A stretch of 64,000 nucleotides of DNA, taken from sequence record LR756504.1. The stretch is one strand, 5' to 3'. Below, piece after piece: positions 30,588 through 41,861 of this stretch. The notes beneath the pieces are model-generated. The model searched no databases and was not told where the DNA came from. It worked only from the letters and a program-made list of their open reading frames with translations. Made by a program: the position numbers and the translations under genes. Positions within the stretch are counted from its first letter, which is position 1; the number at the start of each line of letters is the position of its first letter.

Positions 30588-32279
30588 TTAGTTCAACATA
30601 TTGCTTGCATCTATTACATTAATAGTCATATACTGCTTGTGAGGGAAGAAACCTACCTCAGTTACCGCATATCTAGATCTTAACAACATTCTAGGAGCCC
30701 AAGTAGCTTCACTAATTAAGCTAATTGATTGCGCCATTAAGTATGGTACGAAAATGATACCTGGTTGATCAGGATTATTTTTTCTACCCAACAAGATTCT
30801 CTTGTCGTCATACTTCATGAATGGATCTACATATACAGTCATACCTGCAACTTTACCCATTGGGTACAATTGACCGCTTCCGTTGACAGAAGAATCAACT
30901 GGATTCAAGCTGTAATTAGAACCTTCTGTTAATACAGCAGCTAAAGTGTGGTTAGTTACAAGATATGTAGCGGGCCCAATTCTACCTTCTGTTGAAATAA
31001 ATCCAGAAGCGTTTTTCACTTTAGTGATAAGCTTTCTTTGTAAAGATTGAGTAGTTTCACCACTACCTGCGTTAGCACCGAAAGCTGCTAAGTGTGCGGC
31101 TACGTCAAAGTCAAAGATAGTTGTACCTGATGAATAACCAGGAGCAGCTTGTCTGTTCAAATCACCCATTGAGAATACTCTATAAACGATTTCTTTTGAA
31201 ATTGTTTGAGACAATTCATTTACTAAAACTGCTTCAAGTTTTTGAACGATGTCAATACCTGTTTGAGCTTTAATATCTTCAATCTCAGTTCTTTTCAAAG
31301 CTGATGATACTTCAATTGTACCAACTTGTACTCTTTTAGTAGTAACATTTGGAGCGATAATTCCTGGATAGAATGCTTCGTCTTCTTGTCTTGTCATAGC
31401 ACCTTTGTTACCGTTAGCAACAAATCCTGGGATATGATCTTCAAGCGCAGATACTAATGAAATAGTTACACCTGACAAATCTCCGATTTGGAAGTTAGCA
31501 TTGATGTAAACACCACCTGATGTACCGTTAGCTAAACTGAACGCTGCAACAACTGTTTCTAATTCAGCAAATGTATTCTTAGTATTTTTGAATGACCAAG
31601 AGTTCATTGCTCCAATTTGGTTAGCTTGTCTGTAAGCTGCGAACATTGGAAGTCCGTCAATTCTTGAGAAACCTAAGAATTCAACAACACCTTCTTTAGA
31701 ATCAGAAGGAAGTGGAACAGTTACTACGTCAGTTCTGTTACCTGCTGCTCTTGATGGTGAGCTGTTTACTGGTAAGTTAAAGAACAATCTTTTAGTTAAA
31801 CCACCTTGAGTTTCTTTAACACCTGCTGATGCAAAGAATGCTCTAATTTCAGCAGACAAAGCTGCAACTTGAGTAGCATTAACTTTGAATATAACTGGGT
31901 TAGCTTCGTCAGTATTTACATCATCATATTTGTAATCAACATACATTAAGTCGATTACTGGACCTGGTGTAGGTTTTACAGCAACTAAGTCCAAACCGAT
32001 TGTCTGACCAGCTACTTTCATAGCTACAGGCAACAATGCTTGACCCAAATCTCCTGAACCACCCGCACTTGGAACACCTGGTGTTCCTGGATTTCCTGGA
32101 GTTGTTACAGGACCCATACCATTAAGTAAACCATTGTTTACATAACCTACGTTTTCATGGATTTGGTGGTACTCAGCGTACTCAGACATCCACTCTCTTC
32201 TTGTAGGATCTTGGATATTCATTTTCTCCAAAATTGGAGACCATTTATCCATAACTTTCTTTTTATTGATATTAATCAT
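30588..32279 (-). CDS. Major capsid protein (gp23-like)
   Basis: KW.PILE N-terminus, IGLDLVAVKP..GP, NELSQTISKEI, G.FVPY, RYAV motifs; likely maturation cleavage at IHE|N. Confidence 0.95.
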   Translation of the reverse strand: MININKKKVMDKWSPILEKMNIQDPTRREWMSEYAEYHQIHENVGYVNNGLLNGMGPVTTPGNPGTPGVPSAGGSGDLGQALLPVAMKVAGQTIGLDLVAVKPTPGPVIDLMYVDYKYDDVNTDEANPVIFKVNATQVAALSAEIRAFFASAGVKETQGGLTKRLFFNLPVNSSPSRAAGNRTDVVTVPLPSDSKEGVVEFLGFSRIDGLPMFAAYRQANQIGAMNSWSFKNTKNTFAELETVVAAFSLANGTSGGVYINANFQIGDLSGVTISLVSALEDHIPGFVANGNKGAMTRQEDEAFYPGIIAPNVTTKRVQVGTIEVSSALKRTEIEDIKAQTGIDIVQKLEAVLVNELSQTISKEIVYRVFSMGDLNRQAAPGYSSGTTIFDFDVAAHLAAFGANAGSGETTQSLQRKLITKVKNASGFISTEGRIGPATYLVTNHTLAAVLTEGSNYSLNPVDSSVNGSGQLYPMGKVAGMTVYVDPFMKYDDKRILLGRKNNPDQPGIIFVPYLMAQSISLISEATWAPRMLLRSRYAVTEVGFFPHKQYMTINVIDASNMLN

Positions 32280-32341
32280 AGTTATTTTTCTTATTTTTTT
32301 TATATATTTTTTTTGAAAAGTGGCTTTTTTCCACTTTCTAA

Positions 32342-34480
32342 TTAAATGCCTTTAAATCTATTTGTAAAGAAATTTATCTGTTCTTCGCTTAATCTTTCAG
32401 TTGATTCCAAAGGATTAGAAGTTTCGATTAAATTTGCTTTGTTTTCATTCAAAGACTTGTTGAATTTTCTGGTTGTCCAGAAGTAATTTTTTAAATCATC
32501 AGTTGATAAGTCATAATATCTCGCTTGCGCCAATATTGATTTCTTACCAGAAACTTCTAATGATTCCCAGATAGGCTTAATATCTTCTGGCATTACCTCA
32601 AGTAAAACTTGTTCATTTGATGGTTTATCAATCTCAATCGCTTGTTTAATGATGTTCAACACATCACGATTTGAGTAGTATCCAACAGACTCGTTAAGTG
32701 CTACTTTTGATTTTTCCTGATCTTCATCAGATAGAGACTCAAATGTCTCTATGTCTTGCGGAGTAAGAAATGCGAAAAACGCTGGTTTCTTATCCTTAGA
32801 AGCTTCTCTTTTCTTAGCTTCTTCGATTAATATATCTATCTTAGATGTTATTTCCCCTTCGGTATATTTTTCATTTTTAATTTCAGATTTTTCTTCTTCT
32901 TCATCCTCTTCAGTAGTTTTAGACATAGCATTTTCTTCATCCTCAGTACCATCTTCTGCTACATCAGTTTGACTTGTTGGTGCATCTACTAAACTTTCAT
33001 TAAGTTTTTTAAGAGGCTCAACATTTTTTTCAGAAACTAAAAATTCTTTTGCTGTAAGAATTGATTCCGTAAGAATTGAACCACTTGCAGAATTAAATTT
33101 CTCAGCAATCATGTTAGCATATGACATTGTTTTATCTGCACATTCAGCAACATATTCGGAATAGTTAATTGCACTGTCTATACTTTCTGCTAAATACTCA
33201 CCATATCCGATGTTAGCATCTAAATTTTCTGCTAAATATTCAGTATATCCGATGTTAGCATCAAGATGTTCAGCAATGTATTCTGAGTATGCTATGTTTT
33301 TATCCAACGCTTCTGCAATGTATTCTGAATACGCAATATTCTTATCTAAATTCTCAGCGATATATTCAGAGTAAGCAATATTCTTATCTAAACTTTCAGC
33401 TAAATAATTAGAATAATCAATTGATTTATCTAAACTTTCTGCAACATATTCAGAGTATTCGATAGACTTATCTAATTGTTCTGCGATGTAATTTGAGTAA
33501 TCAATTGATTTATCTAAACTTTCTGCCAAATAATTAGAATATTCAACAATCTTATTAGTTTTCTCTTCAAGTTTTTCGCCTTTGTTAATAGAAACAGAAA
33601 CTTTCTCAGCTAAATAATCAAGATATTTAATAACACTTGATTGTTGCTTATGTACTTCTTCTAAATAGTTAGCTAATTTTTCAATATCGCCTTTGTTTTC
33701 AACACTCTTACTCTCTTTAATTTGAGATGTAATTATAGTTTCTATTTTGCTAATTTCACTTGTTAGATAGTTTGAGTAATCAGCTAATTGTTTTTTGGTT
33801 ACAAAATCTTTTTTATTCATATTAAATAGTTCATTTGTTTTTTCGGTATCACTTAAATCAAAAATCTTAGTATTAGAAGCTTTGTCGAATTTATCGGTTA
33901 ACTTACCGATAGAATCTTTATCAGCTTCATAAATTTTGAAATTTGTATCATTTGTAAAGCCACAACTTTCGTTTAAGCTTTTAATGCTCATTTTTGCTGA
34001 TACGAATCCTGGATCAGCAACTATGTCATATGTAAATAATTTTTTTAATTTCACTAGACCGTTAGATTCAGTAACTCCAGCAGCTCTTGAACTTACGAAA
34101 AGTGGGCATCCATCATCGATGATTGCTTTAGCTTCTTTACCCCATTGAGTATTTAGTAATCTAATTTCACCATCAATTCTATTTTTATCTTTATTAAAAG
34201 ATGCGCTTTCTATCGTATGTGAGACATATTTCATTGAAATATCAAACACATCGGGATGGTCAAATTCGCCGTATATAACACCCCAATTTTTTCTCTCCAT
34301 CATTTCGTGTACATGTGGTACAAATTCGGTAGAAGTATAAATTCTTTCATTTCTATTCTTAATATCAAATTCAGTAAAAATACCTTCTAACACTACTCTA
34401 CTATGTCCTGTGGATACTGTAGCACTTTCATTTACCTTTAACCTTTCATTTGAATTCTCAATAATTAAAACTGGCTTCAT
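32342..34480 (-). CDS. Prohead protease (gp21-like) fused to scaffold/core region; true start probably 34480 (MKPVLIIE)
   Basis: LEGIF, NRNERIY, GEFDHP, SH.I, VSSRAAG, TYDIVADPGF; long C-terminal repeat and acidic region. Confidence 0.88.
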   Translation of the reverse strand: MKPVLIIENSNERLKVNESATVSTGHSRVVLEGIFTEFDIKNRNERIYTSTEFVPHVHEMMERKNWGVIYGEFDHPDVFDISMKYVSHTIESASFNKDKNRIDGEIRLLNTQWGKEAKAIIDDGCPLFVSSRAAGVTESNGLVKLKKLFTYDIVADPGFVSAKMSIKSLNESCGFTNDTNFKIYEADKDSIGKLTDKFDKASNTKIFDLSDTEKTNELFNMNKKDFVTKKQLADYSNYLTSEISKIETIITSQIKESKSVENKGDIEKLANYLEEVHKQQSSVIKYLDYLAEKVSVSINKGEKLEEKTNKIVEYSNYLAESLDKSIDYSNYIAEQLDKSIEYSEYVAESLDKSIDYSNYLAESLDKNIAYSEYIAENLDKNIAYSEYIAEALDKNIAYSEYIAEHLDANIGYTEYLAENLDANIGYGEYLAESIDSAINYSEYVAECADKTMSYANMIAEKFNSASGSILTESILTAKEFLVSEKNVEPLKKLNESLVDAPTSQTDVAEDGTEDEENAMSKTTEEDEEEEKSEIKNEKYTEGEITSKIDILIEEAKKREASKDKKPAFFAFLTPQDIETFESLSDEDQEKSKVALNESVGYYSNRDVLNIIKQAIEIDKPSNEQVLLEVMPEDIKPIWESLEVSGKKSILAQARYYDLSTDDLKNYFWTTRKFNKSLNENKANLIETSNPLESTERLSEEQINFFTNRFKGI
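33101..33541 (-). repeat. Coding tandem repeat, 42 nt / 14 aa, about 11 copies: Y(S/T)(N/E)Y(L/I/V)AExLDx(S/N)Ix
   Basis: Read directly from the translation and DNA. Confidence 0.95.
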
Positions 34481-34571
34481 TGAATGTTTTTTTATTTTAT
34501 TTATATATTTATTTAGATATATGTCTTTTTTCCATTTTTTAAACTTTTTGTATAAAATATCTATAAATAAA

Positions 34572-36248
34572 ATGATTGAAGATTTAATAAAAGAAATATT
34601 AAGTGATACGAGTAGAAAAATGAATGAAAATTTCATAAAGAAAACAGAAATTTATGATTCATTAATGGTATATAAAAAAAAATATAACTTCGATGGATAT
34701 TCTTTCGGTGAGGTGTTCTATCATTATATAAACAAATTAGAACCTATTAAATGTTCTAAGGACTATTGTAACAATAAACCTACATACGAATCCATATTTA
34801 GAGGATATAGAAANNNNNNNNNNNNNNNNNNNNNNNCAAACGATAAAGAGTGGAGGGACAAAGTTGAGAAAACTAATTTAGCTAAATACGGTGTAAAAAA
34901 CCCATTTCAATCAAAAGAAATACAAGAAAAAATAAAAAAAACATTAATAGAAACATTAGGTGTTGATAATCCATCCAAATGTAATATTATTAAAGAAAAG
35001 ATTGAAGTAAGTAAAAGTAAATTAAATCAAGACGACATTAATAAAAAGAGAGAGGATACTTGTCTGATTAAATATGGTCAGTTTAATGTATCACAATCTA
35101 AAATAATAAAAGATAAAATTAGCAATAAAACTAAAAAAAATTGGATAGATAAAAAACTTAAAAATAAAGTTAGAAAATCCACATATCACAAATTAAATAG
35201 AATTAAATTATTAGAATCTTGCAATTTATCTTTAATAAATTACGATGATGAAACAGACATTATATCAGTAATTAGTAATAAATGTAATCATAGTTTTGAT
35301 ACTAGAACCAAAACCATATCAAATAGAAAATCTAATAATGTTGAACAGTGTTTAATATGTACCCCATTAAATAGCTTTAAATCTACTCCAGAAACAGCAA
35401 TATATGAATTTATTAAAGAAAATTATAATGGTACTATTATAAGGTTAAATAAATCTATCTTGGATGGTAAAGAATTGGATATTTATTTACCAGAACTAAA
35501 TTTAGCATTTGAGCATAATGGTTTGTATTGGCACTGTGAAAAATATTACAATAATAAGTATCATATGGAAAAAACAAACAATTGCTTAAAAAAAGGAATT
35601 AAACTAATACATATATGGGGGGATGATTGGATTTATAGAAAAGATATAGTTAAATCTAGAATTTTAAATTTACTAAATAAATCCAATAGAATATGGGCTA
35701 GAAAATGCATTATAATGAATATAAATAATAAAGATGCTAATATTTTTTATTCACTAAATCATATTCAAGGAAATATAATGGCATCTAAATATAATGTCGG
35801 ATTATTTTATAATAATGAATTAGTTTCTTTAATGTCTTTTGGCTCATATCGAAAAAATTTAAATCATAAAAAGAAAGCTAATTCTTATGAATTGACAAGA
35901 TTTTGTAATAAAATAAATACTTCCGTAATTGGCGCAGCATCTAAATTATTTACATATTTTGTAAAAACGTATGATCCATTAGAGATATTAAGTTGTGCCG
36001 ATAGAAGTTGGAGTAATGGTGATTTATACGATAAAATAGGTTTTAACTTTTTGCATAATACCAAAGAAAATTATTATTATATTATAGATGGTATGAGGCA
36101 GAATAGATTTCTATTTCAAAAACATAAATTAGTTAAAGAAGGATTCGACAAATCTAAAACAGAACACCAAATTATGTTAGATAGAAAAATATTTAGAGTA
36201 TATGATTCGGGTAGTAAAATATACATATGGAATAAAAAAGGGAGTTAA
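34572..36248 (+). mobile_element. Free-standing Hef-like homing endonuclease gene, copy 2, antisense between portal and protease; spans an N gap
   Basis: YGVKNPFQ/LGVDNPSK repeats, CLIC, ELDIYLPELNLAFEHNG.YWH, NHIQG, ELTRFC, GAASKL; TATAAATA at 34562-34569 before the ATG at 34572. Confidence 0.7.
34814..34836. other. Assembly gap (23 N)
   Basis: Run of n in the sequence. Confidence 0.99.
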
Positions 36249-36265
36249 AAACTCCCTTTTTTATT
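36231..36265. terminator. Bidirectional intrinsic terminator
   Basis: aataaaaaagggagt-taaaa-actcccttttttatt. Confidence 0.8.
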
Positions 36266-37963
36266 TTAAAAATCAAAATTAGTTTCACCGCCTTCTGGTG
36301 CAGGTGCTTCTGGTGTAGTTGGAGTCTCTGCTGGAGCAGGAGTTTCAATTGGTGATGCTTCTGGAGCAGGACTAAATTCATTTGCACCACCACCAAATTC
36401 TGATGGTCCAGGTCCAACTCCACCACCTTCTGGAGGGATAGCTGTACCCGATGCTGATGCTTTCTTCCATCTATCGTTTTCTTCAATGGTTTCTTCATCA
36501 AGTTTAAGAATTTCTCTAACAAGCCATTCTATATGGAAATATGGTTTACCTTCCGAATCTAGAATACTTGACGATAAACTACCTAAAATTTCAGAACGTT
36601 TAGAAAGGTTTGTTAATTTTTTCCACTCATGAAATAAGTTTACACCATTAAATTCGGCATTTATAGAATTTAAAAAATTCTCATCATCTTTTAATTCAGG
36701 AAAATCAAGAATCATTTTTATTTTCCAAGGCTTTAATAATATTTCTTTAAAGATAGCTCTCAATCTCGATACAAAATTATAGAAAGACACTTCATCTCTT
36801 GATACATCATTTTGATCGGAAAATACATTTCCACCACCATTATTTTTATCAAAGCGAGTGAATGGTATTTTACTAGATCTTTTTAAAGCATTAAAAAACC
36901 AAGTTAACATATCATTTTCATTAAGATTATGTCCCTCTTGTTTTACTATTTCTACTTTTGGTGTTCCACCTTCTCCTTCAGGAAACCAATATTCTTTTGA
37001 ATATGGTATATGTGGTGATCCATTAATTTGGACAGTACCCATTTGGTCATCCCATGTAATTTCATCTTTATAGTTAGCTATAAGTTTAGCAATTTGTTCT
37101 TCTGCCATTTGTTTAGATAATCCACCAACTGGTATAGTAAATTGTTTATATGACATAGCATTCACAATATTAAACATGATTCTTGTTTGTTCAAGAAGTT
37201 TTAATTGATTATAAGGTCTTATCAAATTTTCAACATATGAAGTTTCCGAATACTCTAGTCCAGTTGAATACGAAATGTATATTATCTGAGAATCGAGTAA
37301 TATAGTTCTATATTCAGGGCTTTCTGGATATTGTATCCATATTCTTTCTGCTGACATTGGATCAACACCTGGTACTAAAGTAGTAGTATCAAGTTCTTTA
37401 AATCCAATAATTTCTCTCTGTTTATCATCATACACTATCTCAAATGCTAAATACCCATCTACCAAAAGCTTTTTGAAATAATTCCAAGCATTAATACCTT
37501 CAGAAAATCCAAAACGATTGTATATAGAATCGAAGTTTTCTAAATATTTCTTTTTAATGTTTTCGCTAAATTCTTCTGATAATCCTATGGGTATTAAAAA
37601 TTTTGTATTTTCATCGTATACAACGGACTCATCTGAAATCATGGTAACAAAATCTCTTATCTCATCCTTTCTAGAATACTCTCTCAATATTTGTCTTTTC
37701 TGTGGATATGATACATCCAAATATGAAATAGATTTCTTATTAAATAAATTTGATGATGCATTACTTGAAAAGAAGTCATACATATTTCTCGCATCACCAT
37801 TATTTGTCATTGGTATTTGATTCAAACCTATAGCGACTGAATTTTTAATTAACATATCATCAAAATTCTGTCCCCAAGAAGGCATATTTCTTAATAATTT
37901 ATTAAAAAATTTCCTACCGTTATTATTTAAACCATCGTCTTTATTAACATTGTACGAAGCCAT
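36266..37963 (-). CDS. Portal protein (gp20-like)
   Basis: DE..VYD, VDG.L.F, PYNQL.LLE...I, YWFP..EGG, ALK.SSKIPFTR, RDEV.F..FV.RL..F motifs. Confidence 0.93.
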   Translation of the reverse strand: MASYNVNKDDGLNNNGRKFFNKLLRNMPSWGQNFDDMLIKNSVAIGLNQIPMTNNGDARNMYDFFSSNASSNLFNKKSISYLDVSYPQKRQILREYSRKDEIRDFVTMISDESVVYDENTKFLIPIGLSEEFSENIKKKYLENFDSIYNRFGFSEGINAWNYFKKLLVDGYLAFEIVYDDKQREIIGFKELDTTTLVPGVDPMSAERIWIQYPESPEYRTILLDSQIIYISYSTGLEYSETSYVENLIRPYNQLKLLEQTRIMFNIVNAMSYKQFTIPVGGLSKQMAEEQIAKLIANYKDEITWDDQMGTVQINGSPHIPYSKEYWFPEGEGGTPKVEIVKQEGHNLNENDMLTWFFNALKRSSKIPFTRFDKNNGGGNVFSDQNDVSRDEVSFYNFVSRLRAIFKEILLKPWKIKMILDFPELKDDENFLNSINAEFNGVNLFHEWKKLTNLSKRSEILGSLSSSILDSEGKPYFHIEWLVREILKLDEETIEENDRWKKASASGTAIPPEGGGVGPGPSEFGGGANEFSPAPEASPIETPAPAETPTTPEAPAPEGGETNFDF

Positions 37964-38011
37964 TTTTACTTTCTACTTTTTTCTACTTTATATATTAAAA
38001 ACACATTCTTC

Positions 38012-38743
38012 CTATATTTTTCCAAATTTTTTCTCTAAATTTTTGAATCTTTCTTGTAAGTCTTTTAATATTTCTTCGTAGTTTGATTTAACTTGATAGA
38101 GTTCTTTCTGTAAATTTTCTACACCTTCATTCTTTAATTTTCCTCTAAGAACTTTAAGTATTCCTTCATCATCCATACCAGAAATTGGTTTTACATCTAA
38201 TGAAATTAGTTTATCTAAATTTTTAGTTGATATACCATATATTTTTAATAATAAATCTAAATGATATGATCGTATACTCTTTGAATACAATAAACCGCCC
38301 TCAGTACCAAATATTTCTATAAATGCTCTTATTATTTTATCTTCTGATATACCAGTAAATGGAAGTTCGTCTAACCAATCTTTTTTATTATCATTATTAT
38401 TAAATAATCCATCATATTTTGTATTACCTAATACCTTTAAAAAAAATATCTTTCTTATTTCAGAAGGAAGAAAATTAAAATTAATAGCTCTTATTATTTT
38501 ACTATTAATTAGAGGTTTGTAATCAACAATAAAAACTATTGATTTTTGTTCTATTTTAGTAGACTTATTTATTTTACCTGGATCATAATCAAAAAAGTAA
38601 AATCCCCCTATTCTTATATAATTTGGAGAAACTTCTCTAAATTCTAAATTTGGTTTTAATAAATTTTTATTGAACCATTCATTAGAAACTTTAACGTAAT
38701 CTTTTAACTTCTTAAGTTTAACATATTTTTCTAGTAAGCTCAT
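38012..38743 (-). CDS. DNA end protector protein (gp2-like)
   Basis: GGFYFFDYDP, AINFNFLP..IR; between gp4 and portal. Confidence 0.6.
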   Translation of the reverse strand: MSLLEKYVKLKKLKDYVKVSNEWFNKNLLKPNLEFREVSPNYIRIGGFYFFDYDPGKINKSTKIEQKSIVFIVDYKPLINSKIIRAINFNFLPSEIRKIFFLKVLGNTKYDGLFNNNDNKKDWLDELPFTGISEDKIIRAFIEIFGTEGGLLYSKSIRSYHLDLLLKIYGISTKNLDKLISLDVKPISGMDDEGILKVLRGKLKNEGVENLQKELYQVKSNYEEILKDLQERFKNLEKKFGKI

Positions 38744-39276
38744 TATTTAAATAGTGTACTTATTGTTTTTTCTGTGAATACAAAGAAAAACATACCTCTT
38801 TGTCTACACCATTCTTTAGCGAATGTCCACTTCTGTTTATTTTTAATATATTCTTTTAATGCGTATTCCCAATTTTTTAAACTTTTTGGTGTTGTTTTTT
38901 CTGGTTTTTCTGGTGGTATACCATTAATTACTCGTTGGTATTCTACATCAGGCTTTACTTCTATCACCCATCTCTCTATTAAGTCTGGATCTTTCAGGCT
39001 TTTAACTTCCATATAAAAGTCAACGTGATATGTTCTTTCTACCATTTTTTGATTTCCATAATTATCAAACTCTATGTTTTTATACGGTATTGAAATTACT
39101 TCAGATCCCCATCTTACTACTTTATCTGACTTATCCGCATAAATGCAGAATTTATATTCCAATGAAGATCTATATACTATTTGTTGAAGATTTGAAATAT
39201 ACTTCGATACGTTCTGCGGCGCGAAATAGCCCTGTTTATACTGATTTGGTTTATTGGGCCTTGCGTGATATGCCAT
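38743..39276 (-). CDS. Head completion nuclease (gp4-like, TnsA-like)
   Basis: G.F.P.N..KY, YRSSLE..F, W.SE...IPY, Y.VDF, IEVKP, N..KW..A..WC. Confidence 0.9.
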   Translation of the reverse strand: MAYHARPNKPNQYKQGYFAPQNVSKYISNLQQIVYRSSLEYKFCIYADKSDKVVRWGSEVISIPYKNIEFDNYGNQKMVERTYHVDFYMEVKSLKDPDLIERWVIEVKPDVEYQRVINGIPPEKPEKTTPKSLKNWEYALKEYIKNKQKWTFAKEWCRQRGMFFFVFTEKTISTLFK

Positions 39277-39390
39277 ATCAAAATAATTATATTTCAATTA
39301 TATATAATAGATTAGTGAACAGGTATATACTTTTTTGCTATATAAAAAAAGTAATATTTTCAAACTTTTCAAAAAAATAACATACAATAG

Positions 39391-39795
39391 ATGTACGAAA
39401 GCTTAAAACCAAAAAAAGATGAGAAATCGGTGTATTTAAAGAACAAAGATTTTGTTGTAGAAATTTTAATTTCTAAAGAACAAAAAGAATTGACTTATAA
39501 AGCTCAACAAATGATGATTCTATTGGCAAATAAAACCATTAAAAAAATGAGATATTACAATCCTATAGATAGAGAGGATTGTTTACAAACTGGATTATTA
39601 GTGATGTTTTCAAATTGGCATAATTTCGACGTTAGTAAATCTACTAACGCTTTCGCCTATTTTACCGAAGTATTTAAGAGAGGTATTGCCAGGGGATTTA
39701 ACGAGTTGCATAAATATAAAGGTGATCCTGATGGTGATGTGAGAATGATTTCATTACACAGTTCAAATGAAGGTGATGGTATGTATAATATTTAA
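39391..39795 (+). CDS. Late-transcription sigma factor (gp55-like), compact
   Basis: YLKNKDF, W.NFD..KSTNAFAYFTE motif. Confidence 0.8.
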   Translation: MYESLKPKKDEKSVYLKNKDFVVEILISKEQKELTYKAQQMMILLANKTIKKMRYYNPIDREDCLQTGLLVMFSNWHNFDVSKSTNAFAYFTEVFKRGIARGFNELHKYKGDPDGDVRMISLHSSNEGDGMYNI

Positions 39796-39854
39796 TTTTA
39801 TACTTTTTAAAACAAAATGAACAAATTAACGTTTAATGATGTAAACCTATATCA

Positions 39855-41807
39855 ATGACCATTAAAGAAGAAATTTTAAAATTATCTAAAGGTAAAAGAA
39901 CAGAGACTTATATTAAAAAATGGTTTCCTATATTATATTTACATGTATTAGATTACAATAAAAATTTTGATGGCATTCAATTTGGTCAAATGATATTTAA
40001 TATTATATCTGATATTAATTGTCCGATTAAATGTAAAATGTGCAAAAATAGTGTTAAGTATATGTTAGGAAAATATAACACGTATTGCACTAGTACCTGT
40101 TCAAGTAGAGATCCAGTTAACATTAAGAAGAAACAAGAAACAATGTTAAAAACTTATGGTTTTACTACACCTTTCGCAAAAAAAGAAGTAAGAGAGAAAA
40201 TATTAAATACCGTTAAAGAAAAATATGGTGTAGATAATATTGCTAAATTAAATAATATTAAAGAAAAAATAAGTGATACAAAAAATAATCAAGATTGTAC
40301 CGAATCTAACGAAAAAAGAAAACAAACAAATTTAGCTAAATATGGTGTAGATAATATTGCTAAAAATGTTGATGTTCAAAATAAAACAAAACAAACTAAT
40401 ATTATAAAGTATGGTACTGAATATCCGCTATTAAACGATGAAGTTAAACAAAAACGTGATAATACATTTAAATTAAATTGGGGTATGCACCCATTATCAT
40501 TTAAAGATAATATAGATAAAAGAATTAAAAAAAAGATAGATACAACTGTTGATAAAACTAAAAATAAAATAATATCAATTTTAAAAGATAAATGCACCTT
40601 ATTAAATTATGATCATACTGAAGATAATGTTGAAATATTATGTAATAAATGTAAAAATATAAGCACTGTCAAATATTATACAATATTACAGAGACGTGAT
40701 TTTAGTAATTTTTGTAAAATTTGTGTTCCTTCATATTCAGAGCATAAAAATAAAAATGAAAAAACTCTTTTAAAATATAAAGAACTTAATTTACCAGATA
40801 TAGAATTTATCGAATATTCAGATAATATGTTTGTTTGTAAACATATAAGTAAGGAACATACATTTGAAATAACAAGAAAAAATATTTATGATAGAGAAAG
40901 AGATGAATCTGGTATGATTTGTACTATATGTAATCCAATTAATTCGGATGATTCTTCTCAACAAATTGAAATAAAACATTTTTTAGAAGAGCATAATATT
41001 GATTTTATTTATAATAATAAAGATTTTTTTGAAAATTCAAAAGAACATTTGGATATTTATATACCAACACATAATTTGGCTATTGAATTTAATGGTGTCT
41101 ATTGGCATTCTGAAATATATAAAAGTGAAAAATATCATTTAAACAAATCTCTTTTATGCAAAGAAAAAAATATTAATTTACTTCATATATTTGAAGATGA
41201 TTGGATTCATAAAAAAGATATAGTAAAATCTATTATTCTAAATAAATTGAATAAAATAGAAAATAGAATTTTTGGAAGAAAATGTGAAATTAAAGGAGTT
41301 CAATCTAATGATGCAATAAAATTTTTAGATGATAATCACATTCAAGGCGGTTGTAAGAGTACTTATAAATTAGGTTTATACTTCGAAAATGAATTAGTTA
41401 GCCTAATGACATTTGGATACAGATATACTAATGGTAAAAAGGAGTTTGAATTGATTAGATTTTGTAATAAAATTAATACTAATGTTGTTGGTGCTTCTTC
41501 TAAATTATTCAAATACTTCATTAATAACTATAAAGTAGAAGAAGGGTACATATTATCATATTCCGAATTATCTTTATTTGATGGTAAGATGTATGAAATG
41601 TTAGGATTTGAATATAAACATTTATCGAAACCAAATTATTTTTGGGTGGTTGATAAAAAAAGAGAACATAGATGGAAATTTAGAAAAGATAATTTAATAA
41701 AAGAAGGATTTGATCCAAATAAAACAGAGGTAGAAATTATGCACGAAAGAGGTTATTATAGAATATTTGGATGTGGACAAGTTAGATGGGAATACCATTA
41801 TAAATAA
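39855..41807 (+). mobile_element. Free-standing Hef-like homing endonuclease gene, copy 3
   Basis: KYGVDNIAK repeats, CTIC, LDIYIP.HNLAIEFNG.YWH, NHIQG, ELIRFC, GASSKL. Confidence 0.7.
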
Positions 41808-41809
41808 AC

Positions 41810-41845
41810 AATAAAAAGGGTAACTTAATAGTTACCCTTTTTATT
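41810..41845. terminator. Bidirectional intrinsic terminator
   Basis: aataaaaagggtaac-ttaata-gttaccctttttatt. Confidence 0.8.
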
Positions 41846-41861
41846 TCTTTAAAGATATTAA

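Noticed and set aside
33101-33541. CRISPR-like array
   Set aside because: The 42-nt units are in-frame coding repeats without unique spacers; no CRISPR array or cas gene was seen in the window
32342-34636. N-terminal extensions that make the gp21 ORF (34636) and the endonuclease ORF (34410) overlap
   Set aside because: Better starts at 34480 and 34572 each have a promoter motif and remove the overlap
34814-34836. Biological disruption of endonuclease copy 2
   Set aside because: It is an assembly gap; frame and motif spacing match the paralogs
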